A stretch of 64,000 bases of DNA from the NCBI GenBank assembly GCA_019244185.1, contig JAFATB010000006.1:384001-448000 (forward strand). The letters run 5' to 3'. This stretch comes from Acidobacteriota bacterium. GTDB lineage: Bacteria > Acidobacteriota > Thermoanaerobaculia > Gp7-AA8. Shown in pieces: positions 50,925 to 59,700 of this stretch (position 1 is its first letter; each line of letters opens with the position of its first letter). The notes beneath the pieces were generated by a model. The model was not told the DNA's origin, did no database searches, and was given only the letters and a program-made list of their open reading frames with translations. A program made the position numbers and the translations under genes.

Positions 50925-51798
50925 GCAGCGAGCGCAACACGCGATGCCAGCGCGCGCGCTGAAAGTACCAGACCAGCGCCACGCCGATCGGCACGAACGA
51001 AAAGAGCAGAAGCATCCGCGCGACACCTTCGATGCCCGGCTGAATCCCGAAGCGGATCTGCAGGTCGAGCGCGATCGACTCGAGGTCGTTCATCAGCGCG
51101 CCGCCTTTGCCCTCACGGTACCAGTCGAGAAACTCCGCGTCGTGCATCAGCCGCCATGCGAAGTGCATGCTGTGGATCTGCACGAAGAACGCGACGAACG
51201 CGCCGAGCGGCCGCTCGACGTCGGGGTTCTTCCAGCCGACGCCCGCCAGTGCCTTGTAGAAGAGGATGCCCGCGAGGACGAACTCCGAGACGTGTCCCGC
51301 CGCGCTGAACGCGAGCTCGCGCCGCCATTCGCGCGAGACGAACACGAACCAGATCGCGAAGAGCACCAGCACGATGGCGAGGCTCGTGCGGTTCGTGCGG
51401 AACAGCCACGCGAGATAACCGAACCCGCACGCGACGAGGACCGCGATCGACGGATGAAACTCGCCCATGTGCGTCATGCCGCCGCCGTACACGAAATCGA
51501 AGGCGGGCAGCGACGGATGTCCGAGGAGCCAGCCGATGACCGCGTGTCCGAACTCGTGGAAGAGCGTCACCAGCGCCGAGAAGACGAACCGCGTGAACGG
51601 AATGATGTAGACGACGATCGCCGCCGCGAGACCGCCGCCGAGAATGCGCCATTCCGCCGCGCCGATGCGCCCATCCGCGACGCGCTCCTCTTCGAACACG
51701 TACGGCGTCACCGGCCGCCACTTCGCGAACACGATCCCGCACCGCGCGCATTCGAGCGCGTCCTCGGCGTTATCGAACGAGCAGCGCGGGCACGGCAC
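50899..51798 (-). CDS. Zinc-ribbon membrane protein with HExGH motif (M50-like metalloprotease)
   Basis: CPRC...CARCG N-terminus; HEFGH next to a TM segment. Confidence 0.75.
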   Translation of the reverse strand: MPCPRCSFDNAEDALECARCGIVFAKWRPVTPYVFEEERVADGRIGAAEWRILGGGLAAAIVVYIIPFTRFVFSALVTLFHEFGHAVIGWLLGHPSLPAFDFVYGGGMTHMGEFHPSIAVLVACGFGYLAWLFRTNRTSLAIVLVLFAIWFVFVSREWRRELAFSAAGHVSEFVLAGILFYKALAGVGWKNPDVERPLGAFVAFFVQIHSMHFAWRLMHDAEFLDWYREGKGGALMNDLESIALDLQIRFGIQPGIEGVARMLLLFSFVPIGVALVWYFQRARWHRVLRSLLTSPGTSV

Positions 51799-51839
51799 GC
51801 CGCGATGATAAGCGCGCTTCGCGTGCGATACTCGACCAC

Positions 51840-52337
51840 GTGTCGATCTACGAGCAGCTGTTCGCGCGACTGGCACAAGCGAATGTCCGATACGTCGTGG
51901 TGGGTGGAGTGGCGGTCGTGCTGCACGGGTATCTCCGCGCCACGGCGGATCTCGACCTGGTCATCGATCTCGAAGAAACGAACGCGCGCCGCGCGATGAC
52001 GGCACTCGAACGAGCGGGACTCGAGCCGCTTGCGCCGGTCCGCGCGGCAGAATTCGCGGATGCGGCAACTCGCAGACGATGGATCGATACGAAGAACCTG
52101 CGCGTGTTCTCCTTGCGCGACCCGCACGAGCCCTTGCTCACCGTCGATGTCTTTGCCGAAGATCCGCTTCCGTTCGAGGAACTCTGGACTCGATCGGCCA
52201 TCGTCCGCCTCGGCGGGTGTGACGTCCGCATCGCATCGATTGCCGATCTGCTCGTGATGAAGCGCGCAGCGGCCCGCCCGCAGGATGCCATCGACATCGA
52301 ACACCTGGAACGCATCGCGAAGGAACGCACCTCGTGA
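51840..52337 (+). CDS. Nucleotidyltransferase family protein (putative toxin)
   Basis: VVGGVAV..HG..RAT.DLD, DLL.MK....RPQD..D. Confidence 0.85.
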   Translation: MSIYEQLFARLAQANVRYVVVGGVAVVLHGYLRATADLDLVIDLEETNARRAMTALERAGLEPLAPVRAAEFADAATRRRWIDTKNLRVFSLRDPHEPLLTVDVFAEDPLPFEELWTRSAIVRLGGCDVRIASIADLLVMKRAAARPQDAIDIEHLERIAKERTS

Positions 52338-52528
52338 ACGGTGAAAAGCCCGAATCCGACGACTGGTGCGGCGACTTCGCGACCGCCAGCGGGCATGCCG
52401 CGCGTGCCGGCCTGCTCGCGACGCCCGAGCAGCGGCTCGCGTGGCTCGAGTCGATGCTGCGTCTCGCCGCGAAGAGCGGCGCGCTCGAGCGCGTGCAACG
52501 CGAGCGCAGCCGCGAACGCATCTTCTGA
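52334..52528 (+). CDS. Small partner protein (putative antitoxin)
   Basis: GTGA overlap with the nucleotidyltransferase gene; TPEQRLAWLE motif. Confidence 0.65.
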   Translation: MNGEKPESDDWCGDFATASGHAARAGLLATPEQRLAWLESMLRLAAKSGALERVQRERSRERIF

Positions 52529-52556
52529 TTGGCGCGCTTCGCGGTACGCTTGACGC

Positions 52557-53231
52557 ATGCGACGCATCGTTCTCGCGTTCCTCTGCCTCTCCGCCGCCGC
52601 GTCTCTGCGCGCCGCGAGCCTCGCCGACGAAGTCGTGGCGGCGTACGGCGGACGCGCCGCGCTCGCGAAAATCAGCGCGGTGCGCGAGACCGGCACGGTC
52701 GTGTCGATGATGCGCAGCGGCACCGGCAACACCGTGCGCACGTTCGCGTTTCCCGACCGGCTCAGCGTCGCCATCACCTATCCGCAGTCGAGCGAGCTAC
52801 GCGACGTCGACGGCGCGCGCGGCTGGCAGAACGGCAAGGAAGCGTCGGGCGCGCAGCTCGATGCGATGGCGTTGCAGGCGGCGCGGCTGAACGCGCCGCG
52901 GCTGCTCGCCGAACACGCGGCGGACGTGAAGCAGGACGGCGCCTCCAAGCTCGTCGTCACGCTGCCGCGCGGCCTAGCGCTCGCGCTGGAGATCGATCCG
53001 AAGACGCATTACATCGTTCATTCGGCCGGCACGCTCACGGGCGGCATGGCGTTCGAGACGAACTACAGCGACTTCCGCAACGTCGGCGGCGTCGTGTTCG
53101 CGTTTCACGAGGAGAACGTCGCCGGCGGCATGGCCACGGGAACGACCACGCTGACGAACGTCGAGCTGAACCCGAAGCTCGACGCAGGCGCATTCGGTCC
53201 CGACGCGGCGGCGCCGCGCCAGCGGAGCTGA
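52557..53231 (+). CDS. Secreted hypothetical protein (LolA-like beta fold)
   Basis: Signal peptide; AYGG..AL..I; YSDFR.V.GV. Confidence 0.75.
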   Translation: MRRIVLAFLCLSAAASLRAASLADEVVAAYGGRAALAKISAVRETGTVVSMMRSGTGNTVRTFAFPDRLSVAITYPQSSELRDVDGARGWQNGKEASGAQLDAMALQAARLNAPRLLAEHAADVKQDGASKLVVTLPRGLALALEIDPKTHYIVHSAGTLTGGMAFETNYSDFRNVGGVVFAFHEENVAGGMATGTTTLTNVELNPKLDAGAFGPDAAAPRQRS

Positions 53232-53232
53232 C

Positions 53233-54261
53233 GTGTCCGCGAACTGGCTGCTGTACGGCGCGAACGGCTACACCGGCGAGCTGATCGCGCGCGAGGCCGT
53301 GCGCCGCGGCATCCATCCGATTCTCGCCGGCCGCAGCACGGAGAAGATCGAGCCGCTCGCGCGCGAGCTGCAATGCGAATCGCGCGTCTTCGACGTCCGT
53401 AAGCCCGATCTGCGCGGCGTTGCGCTCGTGCTCCACTGCGCCGGGCCGTTCGTGCACACCAGCGCGCCGATGGTCGACGCGTGTCTCGCGTCGGGCGTGC
53501 ACTATCTCGACATCACCGGCGAGATCGACGTCTTCGAAGCAGTGCTCGCGCGCGATGCCGAGGCGAAGCAGCGCAACGTGGCGCTCCTCCCCGGCGTCGG
53601 CTTCGACGTCGTTCCCACCGACTGTCTCGGCGCGATGCTGCATGCGCGCATGCCCGACGCCGTCGAGCTGTGGCTCGCGTTCGACTCGCGCCGCGGCGGC
53701 ATCAGCCGCGGCACGCTGCGCACGATGCTCGAAGGCCTGGGCAAGGGCGGCGCGATTCGCCGCGACGGGCAGATCGTGCACGTGCCGCTCCTGTACGACG
53801 TCCGCGAAATCCCGTACGCAAGCGGCCCGCGCCTGTCGATGACGATTCCATGGGGCGACGTCGCGACGGCGTTTCATACGACCGGCATTCCGAACATCCG
53901 CGTCTACAACGCCACGCCGCCGTCGACCATCCGCCGCCTGCGCCGCACGCGCTATTTCCTGCCGCTGATGCGCATCACGCCGGTCAAGCGCGCGATGCAG
54001 TGGATGTCGACGCGCAACCGCACGGGACCGGGCGAAACGCAGCGCGCGCAATCGCGCGTCGAGTTGTGGGGACGCGTCGTCAATGCACGCGGCGAAGAAG
54101 CCACAATGACCCTGTCGACGCCCGAGGGATATTCATTCACCGTGCTGTCATCGTTGGAGGCGGTGCGGAGAATTCTGCAGGAGCCGCGCGCCGGCGCATT
54201 CACACCCGCGCGCGCCTTTGGAATGAATTTCGTCAATGAGGTATTGACAAACGCACAATAG
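53233..54261 (+). CDS. Saccharopine dehydrogenase-like NAD(P)-binding oxidoreductase
   Basis: YGANGYTG, HCAGPF, HYLDITGE, GFDVVPTD, GAFTPA. Confidence 0.9.
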   Translation: MSANWLLYGANGYTGELIAREAVRRGIHPILAGRSTEKIEPLARELQCESRVFDVRKPDLRGVALVLHCAGPFVHTSAPMVDACLASGVHYLDITGEIDVFEAVLARDAEAKQRNVALLPGVGFDVVPTDCLGAMLHARMPDAVELWLAFDSRRGGISRGTLRTMLEGLGKGGAIRRDGQIVHVPLLYDVREIPYASGPRLSMTIPWGDVATAFHTTGIPNIRVYNATPPSTIRRLRRTRYFLPLMRITPVKRAMQWMSTRNRTGPGETQRAQSRVELWGRVVNARGEEATMTLSTPEGYSFTVLSSLEAVRRILQEPRAGAFTPARAFGMNFVNEVLTNAQ

Positions 54262-54276
54262 GCGCGCTATTGTGCG
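54244..54276 (+). promoter_or_regulatory. Sigma70-like promoter overlapped by a 10-bp inverted-repeat operator
   Basis: TTGACA 54244-54249; TATTGT 54268-54273; CGCACAATAG-N5-CTATTGTGCG. Confidence 0.7.
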
Positions 54277-54300
54277 CCACCCTTACAAACGACGACGAAC

Positions 54301-54381
54301 ATGATGACCAAACGCGAACAGAGATATTGGATCGGTCGACCGGAATTTCCGGGAACCGCCGGAGGTACGCTCGTGCCCTAG
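54301..54381 (+). CDS. Putative attenuator leader peptide MMTKREQRYWIGRPEFPGTAGGTLVP
   Basis: 26-codon ORF just downstream of the promoter; its 3' end is one strand of the antiterminator. Confidence 0.65.
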   Translation: MMTKREQRYWIGRPEFPGTAGGTLVP

Positions 54382-54409
54382 CCGATGCTCAGCATCCGCT
54401 CATTGCACG

Positions 54410-54448
54410 AGCCCCTTCGGTCATGACAGCCGAAGGGGCTTTTTGTTT
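54410..54448 (+). terminator. Intrinsic terminator (attenuator)
   Basis: AGCCCCTTCGG/CCGAAGGGGCT 11-bp stem + TTTTTGTTT. Confidence 0.88.
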
Positions 54449-54556
54449 GGTTTTTACTGAATTTCGAGGATGAGACCGTCCGGGTCCGGCGGCGCGCAGG
54501 TCGCTGACACTGTCGCGTTCCGTGTACGGGTTCTGACGAAGGAAGGTTGATTCCTG

Positions 54557-54629
54557 CCATGTGTAGCTCATTGGGTAGAGCGCAGGACTGATAATCCTGG
54601 GGTAGCGGGTTCGAATCCCGCCACAACCA
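54557..54629 (+). tRNA. tRNA-like RNA, anticodon GAT (Ile), with a defective acceptor stem (pseudo-tRNA or Y-RNA-like)
   Basis: Intact D arm GCTC/GAGC, anticodon arm CAGGA-CTGATAA-TCCTG, T arm GCGGG-TTCGAAT-CCCGC; acceptor CCATGTG/CACAACC pairs only 4 of 7. Confidence 0.8.
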
Positions 54630-54644
54630 TCCTTACACGCCGAC

Positions 54645-54867
54645 TGACCGCCGTTAGCGGTCACCGGCCGCGGCGTCGAATCGCGGTCAAGCCTGCCGGC
54701 GCTTCTGTAATGGCGCACCGGCAAGCGCGGAAGGAGCTCTGCAGCGCGCGTGCAGCGCGCAATGCGCTCCCACAATGCGGTGCGACGTCATTGTGGGAGC
54801 GCGCGTGGCGGCGCAGCGCTCCGCTCTGTAACGCGTGGCTTTTCCGCGCATTGGGCGCCCGGCCGGT
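54645..54867 (+). ncRNA. Candidate structured RNA or repeat element upstream of the slipin gene
   Basis: Stems TGACCGC/GCGGTCA, ACCGGCCG/CGGCCGGT (54663-54670 / 54860-54867) and 14-bp GCGCTCCCACAATG/CATTGTGGGAGCGC. Confidence 0.45.
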
Positions 54868-54894
54868 CTTATTGAGGAAAGGAGGGACCGAACC

Positions 54895-55995
54895 ATGTTT
54901 CGGCGTATGAAGATTCTTCCGCACGAGCGGGGCCTTCTGTTTCGTGAGGGCGCGTTCGCCGGCGTACTGCGGCCGGGCGTTCATTGGACGTTCGATCCGC
55001 TCCTGAAGCTGCGGCTCTTTGTCGTGTCGCCGCGCAATCCGTGGCTCGACCACCGCGACCTCGACCTCATCGTGAAGTCGGGCAAGCTCGGCGGCGAGGC
55101 CATTGTGGTCGACCTCAAGGACTACGAGCGCGCGCTCGTCTGGATCGACGGCCGCTTCGCGGCGGTGCTCGATACCGGCCTGTACGCGCTGTGGACCGTG
55201 GAGCGCGATGTGCGCGTCGAGATCGTCGACGCGCGGACGATGCGCTTCGACCACGCGGAGCTGCCGGTGATCGTGCGTTCGCGGACGGCGGCGTCCGTGC
55301 TCGAGGTCGTGCATGTGGAGGCCAACCACGCGGGACTGTGGTTCCGCGACGGCGCCTATCAGGCGACGCTCGCTCCGGGCACGTACGCGTTCTGGCGGAA
55401 CGTCGGCAAGCTGCAGGTCCAAATGGTCGATCTCCGCGAGCTGACGCTCGACATCAGCGGTCAGGAGATCATGACGGCCGACAAGGTCACGCTGCGCCTC
55501 AATGCGCTTGTCAACTACCGCGTCACCGATCCGCTGCGGTCGGTCGCGGAGGTCGACGGTGCGGCGCAGGCGCTCTACCGCGCCGCGCAGCTTGCGCTGC
55601 GCGAAGCGGTGGGCGCGAAGGACCTCGACGCGCTGCTCGTCGCGAAGGATGCGCTCGCGGGTGAGCTGTCCGTCGCGATCGCGCCGCGCGCCGCGGAGCT
55701 CGGCCTCACGGTCGTCGCCGCGGGTGTCCGCGACGTCATCCTGCCGGGCGACATGAAGGAGCTGATGAACAAGGTGACCGAGGCGAAGAAGGCCGCGGAG
55801 GCATCGCTGATCACGCGCCGTGAGGAGACGGCGGCGATGCGGATGCAGGCCAACACCGCGAAGATCCTCGAGGCGAGTCCGACGCTGATGAAGCTGAAGG
55901 AGCTCGAGGTGCTCGAGAAGGTCGCGCACAAGGCGAACCTCACCGTGGTCCTCGGCGACGAGGGCCTGGCGGACAAGGTCGTCAAGCTGCTGTAA
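54895..55995 (+). CDS. Slipin family (SPFH/Band 7) protein with repeated N-terminal beta modules
   Basis: SD AAGGAGG; HERGLLFR.G repeats, VDLRE....SGQEIMT.DKV.LR.N, RDVILPG, RREETAA.R...NTA. Confidence 0.9.
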   Translation: MFRRMKILPHERGLLFREGAFAGVLRPGVHWTFDPLLKLRLFVVSPRNPWLDHRDLDLIVKSGKLGGEAIVVDLKDYERALVWIDGRFAAVLDTGLYALWTVERDVRVEIVDARTMRFDHAELPVIVRSRTAASVLEVVHVEANHAGLWFRDGAYQATLAPGTYAFWRNVGKLQVQMVDLRELTLDISGQEIMTADKVTLRLNALVNYRVTDPLRSVAEVDGAAQALYRAAQLALREAVGAKDLDALLVAKDALAGELSVAIAPRAAELGLTVVAAGVRDVILPGDMKELMNKVTEAKKAAEASLITRREETAAMRMQANTAKILEASPTLMKLKELEVLEKVAHKANLTVVLGDEGLADKVVKLL

Positions 55996-56002
55996 CGACG
56001 CA

Positions 56003-56036
56003 GGGAGGGCAGGCCGTCCAGCGGGCCTGCCCTCCC
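56003..56036. repeat. 13-bp GC hairpin without U tract between slipin and the next gene
   Basis: GGGAGGGCAGGCC/GGCCTGCCCTCCC. Confidence 0.75.
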
Positions 56037-56051
56037 GAGGTAAAGAAGGAG

Positions 56052-56690
56052 ATGAACAAAGACAAAGTTCGGGACATGATCCGCAGCATCCTGCCGTCGA
56101 AGGCGCGGGTGGGCGCGCGGTTCGGCAAGAGGTTCGAAAAGCGGCGCGTGCGCCACGCCATTCGCGCGGCGTTGCGCGCGGGAACGTTCGACGCCGATCT
56201 GCGGCGCGACGCGGACCTCTCGACGGTCGTCTGGTGGCGGCGCACCGCCGACAAGCTCCACCCTTTCATGCGCTGGTGCCGCGCGCGCACCGCGGGCATG
56301 ACGCCGGAGGAAGCGCTCGGCTACGTGCGCGGCCTGTTGCCGCGGAATCTCATCGGCGATCACGCGTACGGACACTGGGAAGCGGTCGTGCGGCCGTACA
56401 TGGGCCGGCTGCCGACAGTTCGCACGCGGCTCGACGTCGGGACGCTCTGCACGCGTTTGCGCGCGGCGTACGAGCGCGATCCGTCGCTCGTCGGGATGTT
56501 GAACGCCGCGATCAAGAGCCGTATCGCATTCGACGAACCACGCCGGCTGCTGTTCGGCGTGCACGACATCGACGCCTTCGCACGCGACGCGCTCCGACGC
56601 GGGAGCATCGAGCTCGATTGCGCGATGGCAATCATGGAAGAGATCGAAGGGCGGCCGAACGGCCGCCCTTCCCATTTTCGCGCCGCGTGA
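56052..56690 (+). CDS. Basic hypothetical protein (212 aa)
   Basis: SD AAGGAG; Arg/Lys-rich N-terminus; no family recognised. Confidence 0.75.
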   Translation: MNKDKVRDMIRSILPSKARVGARFGKRFEKRRVRHAIRAALRAGTFDADLRRDADLSTVVWWRRTADKLHPFMRWCRARTAGMTPEEALGYVRGLLPRNLIGDHAYGHWEAVVRPYMGRLPTVRTRLDVGTLCTRLRAAYERDPSLVGMLNAAIKSRIAFDEPRRLLFGVHDIDAFARDALRRGSIELDCAMAIMEEIEGRPNGRPSHFRAA

Positions 56691-56713
56691 TATAGCGTTC
56701 CCTCAACGAACCC

Positions 56714-59700
56714 ATGTCCCTCGATCGCTTTCATCCCGTCCTCCAACGCTGGTTCTCTGACACCCTCGGCACTCCGACACCCGCGCAGCAGCAAGGGTGG
56801 TCCGCCATCCGCGAGCGCCGTCACACGCTCATCGCCGCGCCGACCGGCTCGGGTAAAACGCTCGCGGCGTTTCTGACCGCGCTCGACGACCTTTTCGTCG
56901 AAGCGCTGACCGCGCCGCTGCCTGATGAAGTGCGCGTCGTCTACGTCTCGCCGCTGAAAGCGCTCAGCGCCGACATCCACAAAAATCTCGCCGAGCCGCG
57001 CCACGGAATCCGCCGCATCGCGGAAGAACTGAACATCGACGCGCGCATCACGGCCGGCGTGCGCACCGGCGACACGACCTCGAGCGAACGCGCGGCGATG
57101 CTGAAGACGCCGCCGCACATCCTCGTCACGACGCCGGAGTCGCTCTACCTCCTGCTCACCGCCGAGCGCAGCCGCAACATGCTGCGCAGCGTGCGCACCG
57201 TGATCGTCGACGAGATTCACGCCGTGATCGGCACGCGCCGCGGCGCGCACCTCGCGCTCACGCTCGAACGCCTGCAACACGTCGCCGAAGCGCCGCTCCT
57301 GCGTATCGGACTCTCCGCGACGCAGAAGCCGATCGAAGCCGTCGCGCGCTATCTCACCGGCGGCGGCGACTGCACGATCGTCGACGAAGGCCACCGCCGC
57401 GCGATGGACCTCACGCTCGAGGTGCCGCGCTCGCCGCTCGAAGCGGTGATGTCCGCGGAAGTGTGGGAGGAGTATTACGACGCGCTGGTGCGGCTCATCG
57501 AGTCGCATCGCACGACGCTCGTCTTCGTGAACACGCGCAAGATGGCCGAGCGCGTCGCGCGTCACCTCAGCGATCGCCTCGGCGAAGACGCGGTGACCGC
57601 GCACCACGGCAGTCTCTCGAAAGAGAACCGTCTCGACGCGGAGACGCGGCTCAAAACCGGTCAGCTGAAAGCGCTCGTCGCGACGGCGTCGCTGGAGCTC
57701 GGCATCGACATCGGCCACGTCGATCTGGTCTGCCAGCTCGGCTCGCCGCACCGCATCGCCACGCTCCTGCAGCGCGTCGGCCGCTCGGGACACACCGTCT
57801 CCGGGCTGCCGAAAGGACGCGTCTTTCCAACCTCGCGCGACGATCTCTTTGAATGCGCGGCGCTGCTGCGCGCGGTCAAGCGCGGCGAGCTCGATCAGAT
57901 CGTCACGCACGACGCCCCGCTCGACGTGCTCGCACAACAACTCGTCGCCGAATCGTCGTGCGACGACTACGCGGAAGACGCGCTCTTCGCGCTGGCGAAA
58001 CGCGCGTGGCCGTACCGCGCGCTCGAACGCGGCGCGTTCGACGACGTCGTGAAGATGATGGCCGACGGCTTCGCCACGAAGCGCGGACGCCGCGGCGCGC
58101 TCATGCATCGCGACGAAGTGCACGGCAACGTGCGCGGACGCCGCGGCTCGCGCCTGCTCGCGCTCACGTCCGGCGGTGCGATCCCGGAAGTCGCCGACTA
58201 CCGCGTCGTGCAGGAGCCGGACGAGACGTTCATTGGAACGCTCAACGAGGACTTCGCGATCGAGAGCAACATCGGCGACGTCTTCCAGCTCGGCAACACT
58301 TCGTGGCGCGTGCTGCAGGTGTCGGGCGGCGTCGTGCGCGTCGCGGATGCGCACGGCGAGCCGCCGAGCATTCCGTTTTGGCTCGGCGAAGCGCCCGCGC
58401 GGAGCGACGAGCTGTCGCGCGCGGTGAGCTCGCTGCGCGCCGATCTCGAGCCGCTGCTCGACGATCGCGAGGCCGCGATCGCGTGGCTCGTCGACGCGTG
58501 CGGGATTCCGCGCGCCGCCGCCGAGCCGCTCATCGAGTACCTCGCCGAATCGCACCGCGTCCTCGGCACACTCCCGACGCAACAGACGCTCGTCCTCGAG
58601 CGCTTCTTCGACGAGTCGGGCGGCATGCAGCTCATCCTCCACGCGCCGTTCGGCAGCCGCATCAACAAGGCGTGGGGGCTCGCGCTGCGCAAGCGCTTCT
58701 GCCGGCAGTTCGATTTCGAATTGCAGGCCGCGGCGACGGAGGACGCGATCCTCTTGTCGCTCGGCCCACAGCATTCGTTTCCGCTCGCGGATGTCTTCCG
58801 CTATCTGCATCCCGCGACCGCGCGCGACGTGCTCGTGCAGGCCTTCCTCGACGCGCCGGTGTGGCAGACGCGCTGGCGGTGGAACGCGACGATCTCGCTG
58901 GCGGTGCCGCGCAATCGCAACGGCAAGAAGATCGCGCCGCAGTTGCAGCGCACGCTCGCCGACGATCTGATGGCCGCGGTGTTCCCAGACGCCGCAGCGT
59001 GCTTCGAGAACATCGGCGGCGACCGCAAGATCCCCGATCATCCGCTTGTCAACCAAGCCGTGCGCGACTGCCTCGAGGAAGCGATGGACTTCGACGGCCT
59101 CGCGCGCGTGCTGACCCGCATTCACGCGGACGAGCTGACGCTCGTCGCGCGCGATACGCCCGAGCCGTCGCCGCTCGCGCACGAGATCCTCAACGCGCAG
59201 CCGTACGCGTTTCTCGATGATGCGCCGCTCGAGGAGCGCCGCACGAACGCGGTCTACACGCGCCGCGTCGCCGACGCCGCGTCCGCGCGCGAGCTCGGCG
59301 CGCTCGACCTCGCGGCGATCGAACGCGTGCGCGACGAAGAGCGGCCCGATCCGCGCGATGCGGACGAGCTGCACGACGCGTTGCTGACGTTCGGCTTTCT
59401 CACGGACGAGGACGCGCCGCACGAGCTCTTCGACGCGCTCGCCGCGGCGAAACGCGCGACGCGCGTGCACGGACTCTGGTTCGCCGCGGAGCGCCTGCCG
59501 GAGCTCCTGGCCATTCATCGCGTCGAGACGACGATCGCGCCGCCGGCATCGCGCCTCACGCGCACGTGGTCGCGCGAGGAAGCGCTCGTCGAGTTGCTGC
59601 GCGGACGGCTTTCGCTCGTCGGACCGGCGACGTCTGACGCGCTCGCGTCGCTGCTCGCGGTACCGCAATCGAACGTCGACGCCGCGCTGCTCGCGCTCGA

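Noticed and set aside
54557-54629. Ordinary functional tRNA-Ile, or an integration (att) site
   Set aside because: The acceptor pairs only 4 of 7 bp, and I saw no integrase or duplicated tRNA 3' end in the window
54270-54775. Track ORFs 54270-54473, 54378-54626 and 54389-54775
   Set aside because: They cross the terminator and tRNA-like structure, lack SD sites and show no protein-like features
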